From assembly GCA_018713905.1 (NCBI GenBank), contig DVOC01000025.1, positions 1 through 41,785 on the forward strand: a stretch of DNA of 41,785 nucleotides. Direction: 5' to 3'. Made by a program: the position numbers and the translations under genes. The notes under the pieces were generated by a model. It was not told the DNA's origin and ran no database searches. It was given only the letters and a program-made list of their open reading frames with translations. Positions 8,660 through 16,806 of the stretch are shown here, in pieces. This DNA comes from Candidatus Fimimonas merdipullorum (GTDB taxonomy: Bacteria > Bacillota > Clostridia > Christensenellales > CAG-314). Each line of letters begins with the position of its first letter. The first letter of the stretch is position 1.

Positions 8660-11600
8660 TTACCAAAACGTTTCGTTGGCTACCATTTGCGTTGCTTCGC
8701 CGTAAGGTGCGTCTTGCGCAAGTTGAAGGTTGACCGTCGCTGTCATCATGTCGGAAAGCAGCTTCATGTCGCCCTCCAAAGAAGTTATGAGGTATTTGTC
8801 CTGCTGTTGGCTGTGGCTCACGGTGACGTTGAGCATTCCGAGGTTGGCGTCAATGGGCGCAAGGTTCAGTTCCAGCATAAACTTGCCCTCTTGGTAACGG
8901 TAGTCCTTCAACACCTCCTCTATAGCGGCGGAAGAGGATTCCCCCTCCTTTGTGATCAGGTCGTTTATCCAGCCGCTGAAATTCACCATCTGCAAAACGT
9001 ACTGCTCCGGCTGTTGTGCAAACTGCTGCGCCGTCACCTTTTCGTAATAGTCCTTTTGCTTCATCTCTATGCCGAACAGTCCCTTTTTGACGTAGGAATT
9101 GCGTACTATGGTTATTTCCTGCGTCTGACCGTTGAAAAACAGATAGCTGTCGCCGCCGTAGTCGTTAAACGCCACGTTGACAAGGCTCAGCAGGCTTTGC
9201 TTGGGACGGGAAAGCTTTACGGTAAACGTCGTCACGTCCTCTTGCCCTTGCCGCCGCAAAATGTCCACCCGCGCCGAAAGCGTCATGTTAACCTTTTCCT
9301 TTATTATGCCTATGAGGGACAGATCCGCCTGCACGCTGCCGTCTATGGAAAATACGTCCTGCTGCGCCGTGTCCGCCACCGTTTTTAATAGCTGTTCGGC
9401 GCTGTCAAAGTTGATGTGGGCGTCCGCCTCGCCGTTTTTATCAAAGTAGGCTTGGATATTTTCAAACACGGGATACTCGCCTTCCTGAGCCTGCTCCGCC
9501 CGAACGGTCACGTCGTTCAGCCGCACGTTTATCGTGGCGGTGTGGGGGTTGTTTTCGCCGTAGGAGGCTTCCAGACAGTTGAGTATCAGCGTTTTGTCCG
9601 TGCCGCTTGCCGTCAACCGAATACTGCCAAGCTGGCTCAGCAGTACGCCGCCGTTTATCGTCAGGCTGAATTTGCCGTCGGCGTAACTTACCCTTTGCAG
9701 CACGGTGGAGTAGTCGGGCGAGCTTTCTCCCGCCGAGGTTATTGCCGAAAGCAGCTGTCCTATCTGCGGGATTATCTGCAAAAGTCTGTCCGTCTGCTGT
9801 GCGCAGTTGACTATGCTTTGCCACAGCACGGTGGCTCTTAGCGCGTCGTTGTAGGTGACGTACAGTCTGCCGTCGGCAAACACCGCCTCTAACGACGTTT
9901 CTTGCAGCGTCACGCCGTCCTTTATTTTGCGTAAAGCCAGTTGGGCATGCAGCGCAAAATCCTGCTTGTTTGCGGCGTTGTAGTAAAACTTCACGCAGGA
10001 GCCTTGCAAAATGGAGTACGTCACCGTGCCCGTGCCGTCCGTGGGCGTAACGTCCACAAAGCTTTCGCCAACGTCGAACGTCCACGAGTTGGTGTGTATC
10101 AGCGCGTCGATAGGCTGCAAAAAGTCGGCAATCACTTGGTCTATGGCAACGTAGTCGCCGTCAAAGCTGTCGAAGGTGGCGTTCTGACAGGGACGGGCGG
10201 TAAAGCGCATTTCGGCAAAACACACCGTTATGCTCACCTCTTCACCCAACAAAACCTCTATCTGCGCCTCCTTGACGGCAGCGGTAATTTTCAACGCGCC
10301 GTTCTGTTCCGAAAGGGAAAAATCTATCGGGTTTGTTTGCGCCGTCAGCGCCTTTGCCGTTACGCCGGCAAATTCCTTGACTATTTCATCAATTTTTTCC
10401 ACAAGCCGTTTTATCGCCGCCACGTCGGCGCTGACGGCTATGTCGTCACCCTTTTTGACGTACAGGGTGCTGTCGGTGTAGCAGGCGTTAAGCTGCCCCA
10501 GACGGAACAGGTATTTGTCGTTCAGCATATCGACGTCGGCATACAGCGTGTTGTTTTGGTCTATACATATTTCCAACTGCGTGTTCCATTGTCTTTGAGG
10601 CAGCAGCGGTGCGCTTGTTTCCGTCAGTTTCGCCTGCAACGAAAAGTCCTCGTTGCGGCAAAGCACCGTCGCGTCTGCCCCCAGCATCACCTCAAAGGGC
10701 AAAACGCCCGACGGAATAGTAATGCTGTCCTCCGTTATGCGCGCGCTCATCAGTATTTCCGCTATGCGCTGCGGCGACAGGTCTGCCTGCGCAAGCGTTT
10801 GCGAAAGTAGCGAAGACAGGTCGGGCAGGTTCAGCCCCGTTTGCGACAGGTCAACGGCCAGCGGCATACCGCTTATTTCCGCATACAGCCTGTTGTCTTC
10901 CAGCCAAAGGGAGGCGGGAGCCGTCGTCTGCCCTATGCCTATGCGGGCGTCGGCAAACAGCGGTGCGTTTGGCGCAAACACCGCGTTGCCAAAGGCGCGG
11001 TAAACGCCGTAGGTCAGGTCGAACTGCGCATTCACCGCCCCTTGCGCCAGCTGCGCAAGCTTGGGCAAAAGCTTTTTCGTAAGTGCGGCAACGTCGGCGT
11101 ATTCTCCTTCTGCAAGCTGCCGTGCAGCAAACTGCTCGGAGGGAGTCAGCGTTATCTGTTCTCCGCCCAAAAGGGCGCGGATACTCGGAATATATTTTCC
11201 GTCCCGCTCCGTCAGCACAAGGGATATTTCCCCCTGCGGCAAAGTTACCGTAAGGCTGTTTGGGGTAGTCGTGACGTTGTTTTGCAGCAAAAGCAGCAAG
11301 CTTTCGACGTCAAATTCAAAGCTTATGGACTTGCCCAGCAGTTGCAACGCCTCGCTTACCATATCGGGCAGGTCTTGTGTGTCTATTTTCAGATTGCTCT
11401 GCGGCAAATTCAGATATATCGTGCCTTCTTTCAGCACGGCAAGCATATCTTCCGTCTGCATGACGGCGCTCTGCGCTTTCAAATCTGCCGCCACGTCCGC
11501 AGTCATGCCCAATGCCTGCAACTTGGCATAAATTTTGCCGTCGACAACGTCTATGCCGTCAATTTCGGGATAGTTCTCCGTTTCCGGCACCTGCCACGGC

Positions 11601-12916
11601 TGCGAGGGGGTTATCGTCAGGCGGAAGTTTTCCGCCGTAATTTCCCCGCCGCAAAATTCGTAAGTCTGCTTTTTTATGCACGTTATTGTTATCTCCGCGT
11701 TCAACTCGGGTGTGCTGATCGGAATGGCGACGGTGCAGGTGTCGCCGTCGAAATGCGCCTGCAAGTCTATCTCTTTGCCGTCAAGCGCTCCAAGTAAATC
11801 CGCCGCTATGCTGCCGAGGCTTGCCTTAAACTGTCGGTATGCTACGTAAACTCCGCCGTCGACGTAACTTAATATGGCGTCACCCGCCTTGACGTGCGCC
11901 TCCGCAGTCATATTGGCAACGTCCATCTTTATTGCCGCCTGCGCCGAAACGCTTTTGCCGTCAATTGTGGCGGCTACGTCGGCGTAAAGCATACTTTGGG
12001 CGTACTTGCCGAAGCTTTGCATAAGCACTTCCGTAGCCGTGGGCTGTCTGTCCTGCTCCGTTTCTTCCGCCTGCATAAATTGCATAAAAAACTGCTGCTC
12101 GGGCAGTTCGCCGTCGTAGCCTATGTCGTAAAAGGTTTCCGTCAGGTTTTCCTTGCAGTTTATGCCGCCCAGCATGGGCACCTTGTATTCGCAGTCGGTG
12201 GAGAGCGTCTGAACGATAAAGTTCTTGTCCATTTCCACCGTAAGCTCCGCCTTCAAAAAGGTGGCAAAGCCGTCCATGCCGGAGTTGTTCCTCATTTCAT
12301 ACAGCACGTTGCAGGTGGCTGTTTGGCAGTCCAACACGTAGCGGAAGGTGTAGTATTCCCCCTGTTGGGAAACAAGCTCCGCTTCCGTTATCGTTTGGTC
12401 GTTCAAAACGTAGCCGCTCAGTCCGTCGTTGCGGTAGCCTATTTTCTCCGCCCACGCCTGCGCAGAGTGTTTTACGGCGGTGTTTTGCCACGTGACCTCG
12501 CTTGTGGACGTCACCTTCTGCGCACTGCGCGAAAGGTAGTTTTCTCCCCACACAAAAAGCTGTTCGCCGAATTTCACCAGCGCGCTGTGGCTGGTGGACT
12601 GTTTGAACACGTTGCCCTTGGACACGGTGCGCAACGCGCTTACGCTTTGCGTTATGCCCAGCGAAGTGGCGCTGCCCTCGGTAGAGCTTCTGAACCCGCC
12701 CGCGCGGGAAAGTTCGCCCGCCGCCACGTACAGACTTTCCCTGGCGGAAATGTCTGCAGGCGTGGCGTTGTCGGGCTTTGCCAAAAGCGTGCTTTGGCCG
12801 CCGTCTGCCGGAGGGGTAGAAGGAGGGGTATTTGATTTCCCGCAGCCGAACAGCAAAAATGCGCCTGTGGTAACAAGTATAACGGCAACAATGCCGCAGA
12901 GTATTTTTACTTTCAT
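8660..12916 (-). CDS. 1418-aa hypothetical lipoprotein with tandem beta-rich repeat modules
   Basis: Uninterrupted 4.26-kb ORF; MKVK + hydrophobic stretch + LLFGC lipobox; Pro-rich tether; recurrent h-x-D/E-G/N/S-x-h-Y-h motif; GAGAGG RBS. Confidence 0.9.
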   Translation of the reverse strand: MKVKILCGIVAVILVTTGAFLLFGCGKSNTPPSTPPADGGQSTLLAKPDNATPADISARESLYVAAGELSRAGGFRSSTEGSATSLGITQSVSALRTVSKGNVFKQSTSHSALVKFGEQLFVWGENYLSRSAQKVTSTSEVTWQNTAVKHSAQAWAEKIGYRNDGLSGYVLNDQTITEAELVSQQGEYYTFRYVLDCQTATCNVLYEMRNNSGMDGFATFLKAELTVEMDKNFIVQTLSTDCEYKVPMLGGINCKENLTETFYDIGYDGELPEQQFFMQFMQAEETEQDRQPTATEVLMQSFGKYAQSMLYADVAATIDGKSVSAQAAIKMDVANMTAEAHVKAGDAILSYVDGGVYVAYRQFKASLGSIAADLLGALDGKEIDLQAHFDGDTCTVAIPISTPELNAEITITCIKKQTYEFCGGEITAENFRLTITPSQPWQVPETENYPEIDGIDVVDGKIYAKLQALGMTADVAADLKAQSAVMQTEDMLAVLKEGTIYLNLPQSNLKIDTQDLPDMVSEALQLLGKSISFEFDVESLLLLLQNNVTTTPNSLTVTLPQGEISLVLTERDGKYIPSIRALLGGEQITLTPSEQFAARQLAEGEYADVAALTKKLLPKLAQLAQGAVNAQFDLTYGVYRAFGNAVFAPNAPLFADARIGIGQTTAPASLWLEDNRLYAEISGMPLAVDLSQTGLNLPDLSSLLSQTLAQADLSPQRIAEILMSARITEDSITIPSGVLPFEVMLGADATVLCRNEDFSLQAKLTETSAPLLPQRQWNTQLEICIDQNNTLYADVDMLNDKYLFRLGQLNACYTDSTLYVKKGDDIAVSADVAAIKRLVEKIDEIVKEFAGVTAKALTAQTNPIDFSLSEQNGALKITAAVKEAQIEVLLGEEVSITVCFAEMRFTARPCQNATFDSFDGDYVAIDQVIADFLQPIDALIHTNSWTFDVGESFVDVTPTDGTGTVTYSILQGSCVKFYYNAANKQDFALHAQLALRKIKDGVTLQETSLEAVFADGRLYVTYNDALRATVLWQSIVNCAQQTDRLLQIIPQIGQLLSAITSAGESSPDYSTVLQRVSYADGKFSLTINGGVLLSQLGSIRLTASGTDKTLILNCLEASYGENNPHTATINVRLNDVTVRAEQAQEGEYPVFENIQAYFDKNGEADAHINFDSAEQLLKTVADTAQQDVFSIDGSVQADLSLIGIIKEKVNMTLSARVDILRRQGQEDVTTFTVKLSRPKQSLLSLVNVAFNDYGGDSYLFFNGQTQEITIVRNSYVKKGLFGIEMKQKDYYEKVTAQQFAQQPEQYVLQMVNFSGWINDLITKEGESSSAAIEEVLKDYRYQEGKFMLELNLAPIDANLGMLNVTVSHSQQQDKYLITSLEGDMKLLSDMMTATVNLQLAQDAPYGEATQMVANETFW

Positions 12917-13132
12917 AATTCCTCTCTGTGACTTTCGTCGTCTGCAATTATATGTGATAAAGGTAAATTAAAAGTAAACTTACAATACTAAATTAAAGCC
13001 GGTATCCGCAAACTCACGTATTTTCGCCCCGATAAATCAAAGTGAACCTAAAAAAACATAAAAGAACTTTTATCCAGGCCGCAATTATTGTCCGACAAAT
13101 CTCGCCTGCGGCTCCGACACGCCCTTTGTGCC

Positions 13133-13276
13133 GTAAACTTACAAATATAATACGGTGTAAAGCAACCGGACAAAATACGGTGTAAAATAACCGGACAAAG
13201 TGCAGAGTAAACTTACAAACTGCGGTGTAAAACGACCGGACAAAATACGGTGTAAAACAGCTAAACAAAGTGCGGT
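13133..13276 (+). repeat. Degenerate 25-bp tandem repeat array (consensus about AATACGGTGTAAAACAACCGGACAA) with interspersed GTAAACTTACAA boxes
   Basis: Units at 13149..13173, 13174..13198, 13199..13218 (short), 13219..13243, 13244..13268 and a partial one from 13269; GTAAACTTACAA at 12974, 13133 and 13207. Confidence 0.85.
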
Positions 13277-13496
13277 CATATTTGTCCGTCAAGCGCTTCA
13301 GACGTAGTTCCGCCGACGTGACGTAAATACAAACTGCGACCGTCGGCAAAAGGGCAGTCGTCGATATTGTCTGTCGCGCATATTTCATCAACCGTCATTT
13401 TACTCTTTTTTACGCCCCTAAACGCCACCGCAACATTTGTCGAAGGGGTTTGCGGGGCGTGTTTGCGGTGATAAAATTGTGCGCAAGGAGGGCGTG

Positions 13497-14252
13497 ATGT
13501 CAAGGCGTATAGTGGTGACGGGCGGAAAGGGCGGCAGTGGCAAAACTACCGTATGCGCCAACTTGGGGCGCGCGCTGGCTCGCAGAGGGCTGCGGGTGCT
13601 GTTGGTGGACTTGGACATAGGTCTTAACAATCTCGACGTGGTCATGCAGGTGGAAAACAAGGTGGTGTACGACTTCGTGGACGTGTGCGAGGGCAGGTGC
13701 CGCGCTTCGCAGGCGCTGATAAGGGATGAGGACGAGCCTACGCTGTTTATTATGCCCAGCTGTCACACGGCAAAGCGGCAGATAACGGTGGACGTGGCAA
13801 ACAGGGTGGTGGACAAGCTTGCCGACAACTTCGACTTTGTGCTGATAGACTGTCCCGCAGGCATAGACAGCAGTTTTCGCCGCGCCGTAAGCTGCGCTGA
13901 CGAGGCTGTAGTGGTGGTAACTCCCCACCTGTCCGGCATACGCGACGCAGACAAAACCATTTCGCAGCTAAAAGACATGGCTGTGTACGTGGTGGTAAAC
14001 AGGGTGCGTGGCGACTTGGTGGCTTCGGGGGAAATGCTCAGCGTGTTCGAGGTGTTCAGCATACTCTCCGCCCGCCCCTTGGGGGACGTGCCGGAAAACG
14101 ACGACATCAACTGCGGCGGCAGAGGGTGCAAAAAGCCCTTCGACATACTTGCCGACAACCTGATAGGCGGCGGCGCAACGATATACGATTGCGTTTCCCG
14201 CTACAAGGGCTTTTGGGGAAAAATAAAAAGCAGACTTAAACGCAACGTCTGA
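13497..14252 (+). CDS. minD: Septum site-determining ATPase MinD
   Basis: VVTGGKGGSGKTT deviant Walker A, DLDIGLNNLD, ENKVVYD, IDCPAGI, RDADK, C-terminal amphipathic KGFWGKIK; start moved to the ATG at 13497 after AAGGAGG. Confidence 0.92.
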   Translation: MSRRIVVTGGKGGSGKTTVCANLGRALARRGLRVLLVDLDIGLNNLDVVMQVENKVVYDFVDVCEGRCRASQALIRDEDEPTLFIMPSCHTAKRQITVDVANRVVDKLADNFDFVLIDCPAGIDSSFRRAVSCADEAVVVVTPHLSGIRDADKTISQLKDMAVYVVVNRVRGDLVASGEMLSVFEVFSILSARPLGDVPENDDINCGGRGCKKPFDILADNLIGGGATIYDCVSRYKGFWGKIKSRLKRNV

Positions 14253-14263
14253 AAGGAGAATCA

Positions 14264-14500
14264 ATGAAAAACTGTTTATGCGACGGTCACAGCCAAAACT
14301 TTTGCAGGGCTAAAAACATGGTGCTTGGCGACAGCACGTCGTTAGACTGCGACGCCTTTTGCCGCGACGTAAAAGCCTTTTTGTCCCGCTACTTCGTGTT
14401 TTCGGGAGCGTCGGTAGAGGTGGTCAGGGGCAGCAGGTGCAAGCTGGTGATATGCGTCAACGTCACGGACGTAAGCAAAAGCCGCCGTCTGCCGTCATAA
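14264..14500 (+). CDS. Small protein, probable divergent MinE
   Basis: Directly after minD with AGGAG RBS; RAKNMVLGD..FCRDVKAFLSRY..VEV..LVICVNV parallels the MinE pattern RLK.VL..DR..DI..VISKY..EI..LVANIPI. Confidence 0.55.
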   Translation: MKNCLCDGHSQNFCRAKNMVLGDSTSLDCDAFCRDVKAFLSRYFVFSGASVEVVRGSRCKLVICVNVTDVSKSRRLPS

Positions 14501-14523
14501 CGGCAGCGCGGCAAGCATATTTT
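14495..14523 (+). promoter_or_regulatory. Putative SigE (mother-cell) promoter of the spoIVF-like operon
   Basis: TCATAA, then ATA-16 bp-CATATTTT, matching the SigE pattern ATa-N16-18-cATAcanT; spoIVF is SigE-dependent in Bacillus subtilis. Confidence 0.6.
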
Positions 14524-14544
14524 ATTCCGAACAGGAGGTGTAAG

Positions 14545-15135
14545 ATGAACTACGAAGGTATTCAGACGGCGGTGTGCGACGCGCAGGAAAGCGATTGGCT
14601 GGACGTTTCCTACTCCAAGCGTAAGTACGTCAAGCCGCAGCGGGCGGCAAAGGCGCTGCGGCTAAAAGGCAAGGTGTGGTACGTCGTGGCGGCGGTGGTG
14701 TGCGTTGCCGTCATGGCGTCGCTGCTGTTTTTGGACGGCGACTTCAAAAAGGAGGTGTTCGACGCGGTAAAAAGTGCGTCGGCAACGGTGTTCGGTGGTC
14801 AGCGCGAGCAAAACTATTTCGACGTGCCGGCAAACGTCACGCTGGAAAACGTTCAGGACGGCGTCATGACTTTCGGCGGCGGCAGGGCTGCGCTGTGCTT
14901 TTCCGCAGGGGAAGTAAGCGACGTTTCCGAAACGTCCGTCACGGTAAAAATGCAGAACGGCATTGCCGTCGTGTACCAAAATCTTACGGACGTATTGGTA
15001 AATTTGGGCGACGAGGTGCAGGTAAACTCTCTTTTGGGCAAGTATAAGGACAGCTTTTCCGCCTGCATATTGCAGGACGGCGAAGTGGTCACCGACGTGG
15101 TGGGCAGTCAGGGCAGGCTGGACTGGACAGTGTGA
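14545..15135 (+). CDS. SpoIVFA-like membrane protein with degenerate M23/LytM fold
   Basis: ATG at 14545 after AGGAGG; one TM helix; AGEV..V..SVTVK.QNG..VVYQNL..VLVNLGDEVQ.NSLLG resembles M23 without the HxxxD/HxH metal ligands; overlaps the spoIVFB start (GTGA). Confidence 0.65.
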   Translation: MNYEGIQTAVCDAQESDWLDVSYSKRKYVKPQRAAKALRLKGKVWYVVAAVVCVAVMASLLFLDGDFKKEVFDAVKSASATVFGGQREQNYFDVPANVTLENVQDGVMTFGGGRAALCFSAGEVSDVSETSVTVKMQNGIAVVYQNLTDVLVNLGDEVQVNSLLGKYKDSFSACILQDGEVVTDVVGSQGRLDWTV

Positions 15136-16103
15136 AAATTCGAATAACCGCCGATTTCTGGTTGTTTATAGCGGCGGCGCTGGTGCTTAAAAAAGGCTAC
15201 CTCGCCGCCCTTTATACTGTGGCGGTGGTGCTGCACGAGTGCGCCCACTATTTCGTTGCCCGCAGGCTGTTTTATGCCTGCAAGGAGATACGTCTGGGCA
15301 TTTTCGGCGCCGTGCTCTACGGCGATTTTCGCGACGTATGCGGCACAGACAGAATAAAAATAGCCCTTGCGGGGCCTGCGTGCAACCTTTGTCTGTGCGC
15401 GTTGTGTCTGGCTGTGTGGTGGCTTTTGCCCGACAGCTACTACTTCACAAGGGATTTTTACTACTCCAATCTTACCATGGCGTGCGTCAACCTGCTGCCC
15501 TGCTATCCGCTGGACGGCGGCAGGGTGCTGTGCGGCGTAATAGAAAACAAACTTGGTTGCAAAGCCGTAAGGGTGACAAAGTTTCTCACCTTTGCGGTGT
15601 CGTCGGCAGCCTTTCTGATTTTCGTCATCTCCCTTTTCACCCCTCACAAGCTGTTCAACGTGGCGCTGTTTGCACTGGGAATCATGTTCGGAGCCGTGGC
15701 GGAAGGGGGCGACTGCTACGTAAAGACGGCGTTGCTGCACAGCGGTGCGGTATACAGGCGGGGTATGGAAAAAAAGACGTTGGTGTTTGACGGCGAAAGC
15801 CGCGTATGCGACGTGGCGCGGCGCATAAGGGGAAATTTTTTGTATTGTCTGGAGGTGGTGGACGCAGATATGCGCGTGCGCCGCCGTTACGACGTGGCAC
15901 AGCTGGAAAGCCTCGTGATAGACTGTCCCCGCGATATGACGCTTAACGACGCCGAACTATATCTTCGACAGCGGCAAAACCTCCTTGTCGCCGTTGAACC
16001 GCCTGTTGAACAGGCTGTAAAGGGCAAGGACAAACAACGCCGTCGCCCACACCAGCAGATACAGCGGAAAAAAGGAAAAGAACGCCATGACGGCGGTGAA
16101 TAA
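15132..16103 (+). CDS. spoIVFB: SpoIVFB-like intramembrane metalloprotease (M50, site-2 protease)
   Basis: LHECAH (HExxH), FGAV, IALAGPACN, NLLPCYPLDGGR; C-terminal CBS-like region; synteny with minD and an M23-like gene. Confidence 0.82.
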   Translation: MKIRITADFWLFIAAALVLKKGYLAALYTVAVVLHECAHYFVARRLFYACKEIRLGIFGAVLYGDFRDVCGTDRIKIALAGPACNLCLCALCLAVWWLLPDSYYFTRDFYYSNLTMACVNLLPCYPLDGGRVLCGVIENKLGCKAVRVTKFLTFAVSSAAFLIFVISLFTPHKLFNVALFALGIMFGAVAEGGDCYVKTALLHSGAVYRRGMEKKTLVFDGESRVCDVARRIRGNFLYCLEVVDADMRVRRRYDVAQLESLVIDCPRDMTLNDAELYLRQRQNLLVAVEPPVEQAVKGKDKQRRRPHQQIQRKKGKERHDGGE

Positions 16104-16739
16104 CGCCGAGGATAAATACCAGCGGAAGCGCTTTCGGCAAAAGGCGTAGTTGGCGGCGACGGAAGCCTTTTTGCGTTTGACGGGGCGCATAAGGGGCAGC
16201 TTATCCGCTTGCGAAAACAGACTGTAAGTCTGCCGCGCGTCAAAAAAGCACACGTCAACGTGCTGTCTTATCTGCTCAAGCAGGGCGTTTTCGCAGTCAA
16301 GACCGAACACCCACATTTTGCCGCACTCTTCTGCGGCGGTTTTCACCGCCTCTTTGCGCAGGCTGTCGAAACAAATTTTTCTTTCAAACAGCAAGGATAC
16401 GAAAATTTTTTCCTCTCTCCGCACGACAAGGTTGTCCGCTTCCGCGCGCACGATATCACAGCGGAAAAATTTCAGCATTTCCGCAAATAATTCTGCGTTG
16501 TGCGCATTGAATTGCAAAAAGTCGGCAAAGGCGGCGATCTTTTCCTTCTCTGCCCTTTTCAGACGTTTTTTTCTTTCCGCGCGGGAAAACACCGCAAATA
16601 TCAGGTATCCGCCGCACAGCGTTATTACGGAGGCGGCGGCAAGCGCCGCAAGTGCGTTTTCCAGACAGTACGCCGCCCATGCGTAGGAAAGCAGAAACAG
16701 CATTACGGTGCAAAGAATATCGTTTATTATAACAGCCAT
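15957..16739 (-). CDS. Hypothetical membrane protein (2 TM, soluble alpha/beta domain, 2 TM)
   Basis: Probable start MAVIIND at 16739 (260 aa); coherent TM/charged architecture; the longer ORF call runs antisense into nadD. Confidence 0.7.
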   Translation of the reverse strand: MAVIINDILCTVMLFLLSYAWAAYCLENALAALAAASVITLCGGYLIFAVFSRAERKKRLKRAEKEKIAAFADFLQFNAHNAELFAEMLKFFRCDIVRAEADNLVVRREEKIFVSLLFERKICFDSLRKEAVKTAAEECGKMWVFGLDCENALLEQIRQHVDVCFFDARQTYSLFSQADKLPLMRPVKRKKASVAANYAFCRKRFRWYLSSALFTAVMAFFSFFPLYLLVWATALFVLALYSLFNRRFNGDKEVLPLSKI

Positions 16740-16771
16740 AGCAATATTCTTGCCGTAAAAGGCGTTTTTAA

Positions 16772-16800
16772 TTGAATTTTTTTTGCAAATAATGTAAAAT
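16772..16800 (+). promoter_or_regulatory. SigA promoter placing +1 on the nadD start codon (leaderless)
   Basis: TTGAAT (16772..16777), 17 bp, TAAAAT (16795..16800), 6 nt, ATG; no Shine-Dalgarno. Confidence 0.6.
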
Positions 16801-16806
16801 AAAAGT

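Noticed and set aside
13133-13276. CRISPR array
   Set aside because: Repeats are contiguous and degenerate, with no unique spacers and no cas genes in the window.
13497-14252. Plasmid-type ParA partition system using the upstream repeats
   Set aside because: The protein has MinD-specific motifs and a membrane-targeting helix, sits in the min-spoIVF context, and no ParB, ParR or Rep gene is present.
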